This document shows, piece by piece, positions 1 to 12,188 of a stretch of DNA of 64,000 nt; position 1 is the stretch's first letter; every line of letters starts with the position of its first letter. This DNA comes from Octopus sinensis. Taxonomy: Eukaryota. The notes under the pieces are model-generated. The model did not search any database and was not told where the DNA came from. It worked only from the letters and a program-made list of their open reading frames with translations. The stretch lies in contig NC_042998.1 in assembly GCF_006345805.1 (NCBI RefSeq), positions 56,296,001 to 56,360,000 on the forward strand. Direction: 5' to 3'. Made by a program: the position numbers and the translations under genes.

Positions 1-205
1 ATATATACACATAATTAATCATATCAGGGTAATAAAAATTTTAGAAATTTCTACTACCAGTGGCCTGGCATAAAAAATAGTCAATAGACTATATAGTATT
101 CATATAAAATACAGTGTACATTAAAACACATTAAGAGGGCTCCATCATAGGAATCCATTACGCTAGTAAGAACAGTTAAAGTCCAAATCACTAATTAGAG
201 ATAAA

Positions 206-418
206 TTCTCGTCAGCCACTAAGGGAAATGCTCAACTGGTTAAGGTCAAACAACTAACAAGCAAATCTGTGGTATTGAGCAGAATATTTGTTGTAGCCTA
301 TCTTTTATACTAAGACAAAACAAGGTACATGATAACACTTCCAATCAGTTAAGATCAGGAGCCATGAGAGCCACTGTCTGGCACTGCATCAGGGCATTGG
401 TACTGCATCAGGGCATAT
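206..418 (+). mobile_element. 3' end fragment of a LINE-like repeat with (ATT)n tail (family undetermined)
   Basis: GTCAGCCACT...CTGGTTAAGGTCAA...GCAAATCTGTGGTATTGAGC recurs at ~20355-20420. Ends in a near-tandem GG(C/T)ACTGCATCAGGGCAT duplication, then ATT repeats. Confidence 0.5.
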
Positions 419-439
419 TATTATTATTATTATTATTAT

Positions 440-484
<45 letters not shown>

Positions 485-520
485 CAGCAGCAGTAGTAGT
501 AGTGGTAGTTGTTGTTGTAT
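419..520. repeat. compound (TAT)n/(TAG)n microsatellite
   Basis: Directly visible; source of the spurious poly-L/V ORF 364..1053. Confidence 0.95.
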
Positions 521-870
521 TAGTATTAGTAATATTATTATTTTCAGTAATAGTAATCTATTCATTGGCAGTAGTATTAATATTAGTATCCTTGTTAATA
601 TTATTAGTAATTGTAGAGGTATTAGTGGTTATAATGGTTATAATAGAGTTAGTATTGTTAGTACTAATAATTCTATTAGTATTAACATTGGCTTCAGCCG
701 TGCACATAGTTCCCTCGGTAATGGGGATTATAGTATCTAGGTTCAAGCTAATTATAGTATTAGGGCCAGGAGTGTCCTTTATAATTAGTTTGAACCTGGA
801 TAATATGTACGAAGAAAATCGTACCTTTATTTTAGTTCACATCATAAAAAGAGTTTCATTTGCATTAACA

Positions 871-1086
<216 letters not shown>

Positions 1087-1088
<2 letters not shown>

Positions 1089-1208
1089 AAATTTATTGTA
1101 AAATTCAAGTTGAGTATTATTTTAAGATTTGCCTTTTGGCTTGTTCAAACACCTTGCTTGAAGAAGAAGATAGGCAAAATTTAAACCATGCTTGTCATGA
1201 GAACATTG

Positions 1209-1264
<56 letters not shown>

Positions 1265-1488
1265 CTTGATTTATGCTTGCACTGATGAGTAAAGAGTGCA
1301 CCACTGCACTGATTATGAAATCACAGTGATCTGCAGATAAATTCTGTTTTTAAATGACTTGCTTCGAGAGTTGCATTCGGTACGATGTGTTTATTTATTT
1401 TAGTAGTTTTGACTTTAAGAGTCTCTCCTACCATGTGACATTTATGTGTAATAATGCCCTCTATATAAGATATATATATATATGTATG

Positions 1489-1568
<80 letters not shown>

Positions 1569-1673
1569 ATATACATATATGTATATATATCTTCTTCTTC
1601 AAGCAAGGTCTCTGAAGAAGCCAAAAGACAAAACTTAAAGTAATAGTCAACTTGAACTTTGCAATAAATTTGT
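1087..1673 (+). mobile_element. hammerhead-bearing PLE-terminal-repeat/retrozyme-like element with ~85-bp inverted arms
   Basis: 1087-1172 is an imperfect reverse complement of 1588-1673. Internal hammerhead at 1269-1342. 1345-1468 is homologous to 47480-47600 (minus). Confidence 0.6.
1269..1342 (+). ncRNA. type I hammerhead ribozyme (intact core)
   Basis: Stem I ATTTAT..TTGCA/TGCAG.ATAAAT; CTGATGA 1282-1288; stem II GTAA/TTAT plus AGTGCA/TGCACT; GAAA 1317-1320; stem III TCAC-A-GTGA; AUC cleavage triplet ending 1331. Confidence 0.85.
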
Positions 1674-1776
1674 CTCTACTCGCAGGATTGAATCAACCCA
1701 TCAATAAAAATTCCGTTATTATTTTCCATCTAACGTTAAAATAATAGATCTAATTTGTCATACTCTCTCTCACTCA

Positions 1777-1812
<36 letters not shown>

Positions 1813-1894
1813 AACAAACTCACACACACTTATATATATATATGTACATACATACACACACACGTACAAGCGAACACACACACACACATTCACA

Positions 1895-1972
<78 letters not shown>

Positions 1973-2205
1973 AGAGTAGTTGGCATTTTGCTGGTAGGTT
2001 GAATGCTAGTAATAGAAGAGTTATAAGATTCTAAGTTGCCTCGAGTCAATAAAATTATATTTAACAACTGGTATTTTCGGCTTTGAATTTCTAAACTTTA
2101 TAACAATTTCATATATCTATAACTATGTCTTACAACAAGAACAAGTACAAAAAGAAGAACCACCACCACCACAACAACAACAACGACTAGAAGAACAACA
2201 TCAGC

Positions 2206-2278
<73 letters not shown>

Positions 2279-2292
2279 GAATAATAATAATA

Positions 2293-2352
<60 letters not shown>
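2206..2352. repeat. (AAT)n microsatellite, Dong target
   Basis: Directly visible. Confidence 0.95.
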
Positions 2353-5300
2353 GAGAACACCGGGGGACTAAGAGAACACCGGGGGACTTTTAAGATGTAA
2401 GAAGGAAAATTCAGAGCTCCGAAACCTATCCACAAACATCGAAAACAAGGACATCCTATGGAGCCAAAGTTTTACTAACAAAGAATTGGACTGTATCCGA
2501 GTAAGTAATACAAATTGAAATTTATTACTATTTTCGAAACGAAATGATGTATTTTGACTCGATATCATCTCCACCTCTAACGCAACACATGTAAACATGA
2601 GTGAAACATCACGATCATCTCCGACCCCAAACACCATGTACAAAGGAACTACGAAGAAATTAAATGCCACCGATACTATTCAACCCAAGAATAACAATCG
2701 AGCGGTACGTACATTAAACCTACAACAAAAAATGTACGAAAAACTACACGTGCGAAATAATGTGACAACAGAAATAAACGGACCGGTACCCTACGAAAAT
2801 GACGACCGTCAAAATAATGGGCCGGACGTTGTACCTCATGTCCCGCAAATAAAACACAAAAGACGTAAATGGACACGTGAGGAATACATTTCTATCTTAC
2901 ACGCATACTTCACAGCAGTACTCTACCCAAAAAATGAAAATACAACAACACATACATATAAAATATGGAAGGAAAATAATAGAGATTTAGACTTGGATAC
3001 AGCAATGAACCCTAATAAATTAGCTAACGTACGAAGATACATTCTCAACACAAAAAAAATATCAGAAATGGAAATAGAACACCTAAAAGAAAACATACAC
3101 CAGGAAAATGTAGATAGAAGCCACACAACAATGCCCAATAATATAAACACTGAAACTGTAAAACACGAAGACAAACGCAACATTCCCAACAAACACGATG
3201 TAAACAACGAATGAGCCTAATGATTATGATAATATAAAAAATAAAATAAAATTAGGGGAGCCTAATGATTATGATAATATAAAAAATAAAATAATCAAAG
3301 AACTGAAAACCACAGAGCTCAAAATGGACCACCGACCATACCTCCCAAGAATCAAAATAAACGAAATAACAACACCTATTATAAACAGCATAAACCTAGC
3401 CGTCACTGAACTGATAGCCACTGAATCAAAAAAAAGTGATATCACTGAGCTAAATAACCTAATATACGCAGCAGCCACTGCAGCCACAAAAGAAGCTGGA
3501 TACTCACCCAAACCCGCCCAAACAGGAGTACCACCACCCAAACAAACCCTGTGGATAAATAACATCCAAAGTAAAATAAAAAAAAATAGAAAAGATCTGT
3601 CGATTCTTTATGAAATCAGTAGACAATCAACGCTACTGAGCAGCAAAAAGAAAACAAAAATACTCCGCAAATATAACATCACAGAAAAAGATTTGCCTGA
3701 AATAAAAGAAAAGCTGAAGCAAGATATCCTTGCCAAAGCACAAAGGATCCGCCGGTACAAGAAACGCCAACGCTTCTTTGAAGAAAACAAAAAGTTCAAC
3801 TCCAACCCCAAAAAGTTCTACCAAGAACTGGGCAAAAATAAAATAGAAGTCACAGCAGCACCAACGGCAGAAGAATTGGAAGAATTCTGGGGAGAAATAT
3901 GGTCGGCGAACGAATCACCAAAAAAAAGGAGTATCAAAATAACAAACTCGGCATCTGAACAAATTTGGACCCCCATAACAACTGAAGAGGTCACCCAGGC
4001 ACTGCAAAGACTAAGCAACTGGAAGGCACCTGGGCATGACAAGATCCCCAACTTCTGGTTGAAATATCTAACAGGAATGCACAAAAAGCTGGCTGAAAAC
4101 TTTAACAACGTACTAGCAGAGCCAGAGACAATGCCTGAATGGCTCACGAAGGGGAAAACCATCTTAATTCCCAAATCAAATGAAACAGAAAAACCAGAAA
4201 ACTACAGACCAATAACCTGCCTCCCTACTATGTTCAAGGCATTTACTGCAGTGATATCACAAAGGCTGAACAAGCACCTGGACGAAAACAAACTGTTCCC
4301 AGAAGAGCAGAAAGGATGCCGCAAAGGCTCATATGGCTGTAAAGATCAACTAATGATTAATAAAGCCATAACTGAAGACAGCCACAGAAAGAAGAAAGGC
4401 CTCAGTATGGCCTGGATTGACTACAAAAAGGCGTTTGATAGCATCCCCCACACATGGATCCTCGAAACACTAGCCATTAACAAAGTAGCACCAACAATCA
4501 TAAAATTCATAGAGCACTCTATGAATAAATGGCAAACAGTCCTACACCTCCAAACAAAAGAGGGACTCATGAAAACCAAAGACATCCCCATTAGAAGAGG
4601 AATATTCTAGGGAGATACGCTCTCTCCACTCCTATTCTGCTTGGCACTGTCACCTCTATCTGATATGCTAAATAGAACTGGATGCGGATATAAATGTTAC
4701 GGCAAAACGATCAGCCACCTTTTATATATGGATGACCTAAAACTATACGCTGCAAATGACAAACAGCTGGAAACACTATTAAAGACAGTTCATGGATTTA
4801 CCAAAGAAATAGATATGAAATTTGGATTAGAAAAATGCGCCAAAGTAACCATGAAAAGAGGAAAACTAGTTAAGAGTAACAACATCACACTAGATGAAGC
4901 AAATGAAATAAAAGAATTAGACCAAAGCCAAACTTACAAATACTTAGGGATCCATGAACTAGATAAGACACAACACACACAAATGAAAGAGAAAATAAAA
5001 AAAGAATATTATAGACGAGTTAGATCAATATTAAACACAGAGCTCAATGCTAAAAACAAGATAATAGGTATCAACACTTTAGCTGTCCCAGTTATAAGTT
5101 ACAGCTACAATATCCTTAACTGGACACGAAATGAACTGACCAAAATAGACAGGAAAACAAGAAAAATAATGACAGGATCTAGGATGCATCACCCAAAATC
5201 TGACATAGAAAGACTATATATGCAACGTATAGAAGGTGGTAGAGGCCTTATACAGCTGGAAAACTACTATAAAATAACCACCATAGGACTGCAAAAATAT

Positions 5301-6384
5301 CTACTTCAGAAGGAAGGAAAACTGATCCAGATAGCAGCAAAACACGAGCAAAACAAAAAGCTGTTCTCAGTATTTAAGGAAGCTGACAAATACAAACAAG
5401 AAATCATACCACCTAATAAATATGAAAAAGAAGAAGAAGATGAAGAAACAACAAAAATTATAAAACAAATGAAATCCAAACTAAAAATAGAACAGCAATG
5501 AACCATGATAAAACGATGGCAAGAAAAGCCCCTTCGTGGTAAATACTGGACTAAACTAAACGCAAGAGAAATAGACAAGGAAAAATCCCAGCAATGGTTG
5601 AGAAGCTCAGGACTCAAAGCAGAGACGGAGGGATTTTTAATTGCAGCACAAGACCAAAGCCTCCCCACCAGAAATTACCAAAAACATGTAATGAAAAGAA
5701 ATATTACAAGTAACTGCAGAATATGTGGAGATGGACAAGAAACAATAAATCATATTATCTCTAGCTGCCCAGTCCTGGCTAAGAAGGAATATATTCACAG
5801 ACATGACAGAGTTGGAACCTACATACACTGAAAGCTATGTTAACATTATGGAATAACAACAGAAAAAAGATGGTATAGGCACACACCAGAAAAGGTCACA
5901 GAAAACGAGAAAGCAACCATACTCTGGGATATGCCAATACACACAGATAGAGAAATTAAGACCAACAGACCAGATATAGTTGTCAGAGACCATGAAGGAA
6001 AAAAATGCTTTCTAATTGATGTATCAGTACCGGCAGATGACAACGTGTCTCTAAAAGAAATGGAGAAACTCTCAAAATACAAAGACCTGGAAATAGAGGT
6101 AACTAGAATGTGGAATCTGAAAACAGAAACAATTCCTATCATAGTAGGTGCATTAGGCATGATAAAAAAATATTCAGACAAATACATAACAAAAACACCA
6201 GGACTTACAAACACATATAACATACAGAAAATTGCACTACTAGGCACTGCACACATCCTACGCAGAACACTTTCCATACAATAACCATCAGAGCATCACA
6301 ACAAATCACAGCACATACCCAAGGCACACAGAGCTGCGCTCGGTAGTGAAGTGAAAGCACGCTATAAAAATAAAAATAAAACTA

Positions 6385-6387
<3 letters not shown>
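2353..6387 (+). mobile_element. full-length R4/Dong-clade non-LTR retrotransposon, family A copy 1 (decayed)
   Basis: Single long ORF with N-terminal RRKWTREE domain, RT, CCHC finger and RLE nuclease. Flanked by (AAT)n. Same 5' start and 3' end as the copy at 6479. Confidence 0.95.
2597..6284 (+). pseudogene. Dong RT-RLE polyprotein, disrupted
   Basis: Motifs APGHDKI, NYRPITCL, EEQKGCRKG, DYKKAFDS, RGIF*GD, YMDDLKLY, KYLGI, CRICGDGQETINHIISSC, RPDIVV..IDVSVP..KLSKYKDL. Stops at 3212, 4608, 5499, 5829, 5841. Confidence 0.92.
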
Positions 6388-6478
<91 letters not shown>

Positions 6479-9400
6479 GAGATACACCGGGGGGCGTTTA
6501 AGATGTAAGAACGATAAAACAGAGCTCCGAAATCTATCCACAAACATCGAAAACAAGGACATCGCATGGAGCCAAAGATTTACTAACAAAGGATTGGACT
6601 GTATCTGAGTAAGTAATACTCATTTAAATTTATTACTATTTTCGAAACGAAATGATGTATTTTGACTCGATATCATGTCCACCTCTAACACAACACATGT
6701 AAACATGCGTGGGACATTACGATCCATCAACACCAGATCATCCCCGACCCAAATCACTATGTACAAAGGAACTACGAAGAAATTAAATACCACCAATATT
6801 ATTCAACCCAAGAATAACAATCGGGAGGTACGTACTTTAAACTTACAACACAAAATGTACGAAAAACTACACGTGCAAAACAATGTGACAACAGAAATGA
6901 ACGGTACGGTACCCTACGAAAATGACGACCGTCAAAATAATGGTCCGGACGTTGTTCCTCATGTCCCGCAAATAAAACCCAAAATACATAAATGGACACG
7001 TGAGGAATACATTTCTATCCTACACGCATACTTCACAGCAGTGCTCTACCCAAAAAATGAAAACACAACAACACATACATATAAAATATGGAAGGAAAAT
7101 AACATAAATATAGACTTGGATACAGCAATGAACCCTAATAAACTAGCTAATGTACGAAGATACATTCTCAACGCAAAAAAATATCAGAAATGGAAATAGA
7201 ACATCTAAAAGAAAAAATACACCAGGAAAATGTGGATAGAAGCCACACAACAATGCCCAATAATATAAACACTGAAACAGTAAAACACGAAGACAAACGT
7301 AACATTCCCAACAAACACAATGTAAACAAAAAACAACAAACCCAGACCGTAAGGATGTATAATATTACACGACAAACAGCAAGCCAAAACACGACAAACA
7401 AACATATAAATAAGAAAGAAAGCGACACAAATCTAAAACCTGGAAGCAAAGAAGGGGAGCCTAATGATTATGATAATATAAAATGTAAAATAATCAAAGA
7501 ACTGAAAACCACAGAGCTTAAAATGGACCAACGACCATACCTCCCAAAAATCAAAATAGACGAAACAACAACACCAATTATAAACAGCATAAACCTAGCC
7601 GTCACGGAACTAATAGCCACTGAATCAAAAAGCGATATCACTGAGCTAAATGACTTAGTATACGCAGCAGCCACTGCAGCCACAAAAGAAGCTGGATACT
7701 CACTCAAACCCATCCAAACAGGAGTACCACCACCCAAACAAACCCTGTGGATAAATAACATCCAAAACAAAATACAAAAAATGAGAAAAGATCTGTCGAT
7801 TCTTTATGAAATCAGTAGACAATCAACGCTACTGAGCAGCAAAAAGAAAACAAAAATACTCCGCAAATATAACATCACAGAAAAAGATTTGCCTGAAATA
7901 AAAGAAAAGCTGAAGCAAGATATCCTTGCCAAAGCACAAAGGATCCGCCGGTACAAGAAACGCCAACGCTTCTTTGAAGAAAACAAAAAGTTCAACTCCA
8001 ACCCCAAAAAGTTCTACCAAGAACTTGGCAAAAATAAAATAGAAATCACTGCAGCACCAACGGCAGAAGAAGTGGATGAATTCTGGAGAGAAATATGGTC
8101 GGCGAACGAACAACCAAAAACAAAGGAGTATCAAAACAACAAACTCAGCATCTGAGCAACTTTGGACCCCCATAACAACTGAAGAGGTCACCCAGGCACT
8201 GCAAAGACTAAGCAACTGGAAGGCATTTGGGCATGACAAGATCCCCAACTTCTGGTTGAAATATCTAACAGAATGTACAAAAAGCTGGCTGAAAACTTTA
8301 ACAACATACTAGCAGAGCCAGAGACAATGCCTGAATGGCTCACGAAGGGGAAAACCATCTTAATTCCCAAATCAAATGAGACAGCAAAACCAGAAAACTA
8401 CAGACCAATAACCTGCCTCCCTACAATGTACAAGGCATTTACTGCAGTGATATCGCAAAGGTTGAACAAGCGCCTGGACGAAAACAACCTGTTTCCAGAA
8501 GAGCAGAAAGGATGCCGCAAAGGCTCATATGGCTGTAAAGGTCAATTAATGATTAATAAAGCCATAACTGAAGACAGCCACAGAAAGAAGAAAGGCCTCA
8601 GTATGGCCTGGATCGACTACAAAAATGCGTTTGATAGCGTCCCCCACACATGGATCCTCGAAACACTAGCCATTTACAAAGTAGCACCAACAATTATAAA
8701 ATTCATAAGGCACTCTATGAATAAATGGCAAACAGTGCTACACCTCCAAACAAAAGAGGGACTCATGAAAACCAAAGCCATCCCCATTAGAAGAGGAATA
8801 TTCCAGGGAGACACGCTCTCTACACTCCTTTTCTGCTTGGCACTGTCACCTCTATCTGATATGCTAAATAGAACTGGATGCGGATATAAATGTTACGGCA
8901 AAACGATCAGCCACCTTTTATATATGGATGACCTAAAACTATACGCTGCAAATGACAAACAGCTGGAAACACTATTAAAGACAGTTCATGGATTTACCAA
9001 AGAAATAGATATGAAATTTGGATTAAAAAAATGCGCCAAAGTAACCATGAAAAGAGGAAAACTAGTTAAGAGTAGCAACATCACACTAGATAAAAACCAA
9101 TGAAATAAAAGAATTAGACCAAAGCCAAACTTACAAATACTTAGGAATCCATGAACTAGATAAGACACAACACACACAAATGAAAGAGAAAATAAAGAAA
9201 GAATACTATAGACGAGTTAGATCAATACTAAAAACAGAGCTCAATGCTAAAAACAAGATAATAGGTATTAACACTTTAGCTGTCCCAGTCATAAGTTACA
9301 GCTACAATATCCTTAACTGGACACTAAATGAACTGACCAAAATAGATAGGAAAACAAGAAAAATAATAACAGGATCTAGGATGCATCACCCAAAATCTGA

Positions 9401-10577
9401 CATAGAAAGACTATATATACAACGTATAGAAGGTGGTAGAGGCCTTATACAGCTGGAAAACTACTATAAAATAACCACCATAGGACTGCAAAAATATCTA
9501 CTTCAGAAGGAAGGAAAACTGATCCAGATAGCAGCAAAACACGAGCAAAACAAAAAACTGTTCTCAGTATTTAAGGAAGCTGACAAATACAAACAAGAAA
9601 TCATACCACCTAATAAATATGAAAAAGAAGAAGAAGATGAAGAAACAACAAAAATTATAAAACAAATGAAATCCAAACTAAAAATAGAACAGCAATGAAC
9701 CATGATAAAACGATGGCAAGAAAAGCCCCTTCGTGGTAAATACTGGACTAAACTAAACGCAAGAGAAATAGACAAGGAAAAATCCCAGCAATGGTTGAGA
9801 AGCTCAGGACTCAAAGCAGAGACAGAGGATTTTTAATTGCAGCACAAGACCAAAGCCTCCCCACCAGAAATTACCAAAAACATGTAATGAAAAGAAATAT
9901 TACAAGTAACTGCAGAATATGTGGAGATGGACAAGAAACAATAAATCATATTATCTCTAGCTGCCCAGTCCTGGCTAAGAAGGAATATATTCACAGACAT
10001 GACAGAGTTGGAACCTACATACACTGAAAGCTATGTTAACATTATGGAATAACAACAGAAAAAAGATGGTATAGGCACACACCAGAAAAGGTCACAGAAA
10101 ACGAGAAAGCAACCATACTCTGGGATATGCCAATACACACAGATAGAGAAATTAAGGCCAACAGACCAGATATAGTTGTCAGAGATCATGAAGAAAAAAA
10201 TGCTTTCTAATTGATGTAACAATACAGGCAGATGACAACGTGTCTCTAAAAGAAATGGAGAAACTTTCAAAATACAAAGACCTGGAAATAGAGGTAACCA
10301 GAATGTGTAATCTAAAAACAGAAACAATTCCTATCATAGTAGGTGCATTAGGCATGATAAAAAAATATTCAGACAAATACATAACAAAAACACCAGGACT
10401 TACAAACACATATAACATACAGAAAATTGCACTACTAGGCACTGCACACATCCTACGCAGAACACTTTCCATACAATAACCATCAGAGAGCATCACAACA
10501 AATCACGCACATACCCAAGGCACACAGAGCTGCGCTCGGTAGTGAAGTGAAAGCACACTAATAAAATAAAACTACTG
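6479..10577 (+). mobile_element. full-length R4/Dong-clade retrotransposon, family A copy 2 (decayed)
   Basis: Collinear with 2353-6387; separated from it only by (AAT)n 6388-6478. Confidence 0.95.
6675..10479 (+). pseudogene. Dong RT-RLE polyprotein, disrupted
   Basis: Same motifs (RGIFQGD, YMDDLKLY, CCHC, RPD). Several frameshifts; stops at 9696, 10025, 10037. Confidence 0.92.
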
Positions 10578-10607
10578 AATAATAATAATATAATAATAAT
10601 AATAATA

Positions 10608-10713
<106 letters not shown>

Positions 10714-11521
10714 GCGCACACACGAGAAGTTAGCCCAAAACCTGTCCTGTTACTATGCAGTAAGTATAGATATGAGGTTACGGTTGCTTGGTACCAACAT
10801 ACACCGGAAAAAGTAACGGACGAAAAGGGAGAGGCAAAAATCCTCTGGGACTTTGACTTCCAGACAGACAAGGTATTCTTTTCTACTCTAGGCACAAGGC
10901 TCGAAATTTTGAGGGAGGGTGCCAGTCGATTAGATCGACCCCAGTACGCAACTGGTACTTAATTTATCGTACCCGAAGGATGAAAGGCAAAGTCGACCTC
11001 GGCGGAATTTGAACTCAGAACATAAAGACAGACGAAATACCGCTAAGCATTTCGCCCGGCGTGCTAACATTTCTTCCAGACAGAAAGCGGTATTAGAGTA
11101 CCGAAGGCCGGATATAGTAACCTTTAAGAAGGACAAACAAAGGTGCCTATTAATTGACGTGGCAGTGCCAGGAGATCAACATATTATCATGAAAGAAAGA
11201 GAAAGGATTGATAAATATGGAGACCTGAAAATTGAGATCGCTAAAATGTAGCAGCTACTTGAGTCAAACAACGGTTATCCCTATTGTAATCGGAGTATTG
11301 AGTTCAATACCATCCAATCTGAAAAAAAACATCTGGAAACTTTAGAAATAACCTACAATCTAGGTGTATTGCAAAAGTCGGCATTACTTGGAACTGAACG
11401 CATATTGCGTAAAGTACTGTCTGTCTGAGTTACTTGTTGTGACTTGACAGACAGTACAAATCCCCGGTAGACACAATATCTTCAATCAACAACCTCACGA
11501 TATTTTATACTGTGCGACGTC

Positions 11522-11522
<1 letters not shown>
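10714..11522 (+). mobile_element. 5'-truncated Dong fragment, family B, interrupted by a SINE
   Basis: Encodes AKILWDFDFQTDK / RRPDIVTFKKDKQRCLLIDVAVPGD..DKYGDL; own 3' UTR; (AAT)n on both sides. Confidence 0.85.
10878..11072 (-). mobile_element. tRNA-headed SINE (major family)
   Basis: Minus strand has GTTAGCACGCCGGGCGAAATGC, B-box GAGTTCAAATTCC, and GCCTTTCATCCTTCGGG central motif; ~21-bp target duplication. Confidence 0.85.
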
Positions 11523-11555
<33 letters not shown>

Positions 11556-11563
11556 TAATAATA

Positions 11564-11607
<44 letters not shown>

Positions 11608-12074
11608 GTCCCAATCGATATAAACGTATCTGTCAAGACCTACCAAAAACTGAGCAAATATAAAGATCTTGAAATAGAAATCAGCAAAATGTGGAAGCTG
11701 AAGACTAAAACAATACCTGTTGTCATAGGTGCCCTGGGAATGATAGCAAAAGGGGCTGATAGCTACCTAACTCAGATACCAGGAAAACCCAAAAATGGCA
11801 GAAGTTCAAAAGATAGTGCTCATGGGAACTGCTCATATCCTACGCAAAATACTCTCTATGTAATCTCAAGGTTTAAAACAAACATATTTTCGGTTTAAAA
11901 AAAAAAAAAAAAAAAATTTTTTTTTTAGACTTCATTAGTACAAACATCCCCACCCCCAAATATATGGCACACTAGGCATAACAACAACATGAACTTCCAA
12001 CCCTGTTGTCTCTTGAGGTCTCTGGGTGAGACTTGGAGCCAACTTGTACAAATATAAAGCAAAAGTCAAACATA

Positions 12075-12075
<1 letters not shown>
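11608..12075 (+). mobile_element. 5'-truncated Dong fragment, family C (short)
   Basis: VPIDINVSVKTYQKLSKYKDLEIEISKMW..IPVVIGALG; 3' UTR ending GTCAAACATAG(AAT)n. Confidence 0.85.
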
Positions 12076-12121
<46 letters not shown>

Positions 12122-12155
12122 TATGATGAAATAATAATAATAATAATAATAATAA

Positions 12156-12188
<33 letters not shown>

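Noticed and set aside
2353-2600. HDV-like ribozyme at the Dong 5' end (known in some R2/R4 elements)
   Set aside because: Only a GCTCC/GGAGC stem is conserved; I could not build the nested double pseudoknot by eye. An Infernal search would settle it.
2501-2600. Conserved GTAAGT donor-like site in the Dong leader (also 6609)
   Set aside because: The acceptor is not conserved between copies and splicing gives no ATG-initiated extension.
5499-5843. Shared TGA stops as programmed readthrough or an alternative code
   Set aside because: A TAA is shared too, Trp is TGG elsewhere, and all three are explainable by single transitions; decay is simpler.
11895-11927. A-run followed by T-run hairpin in the Dong C 3' UTR
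   Set aside because: Not conserved in the other family C UTR; homopolymer instability suffices.
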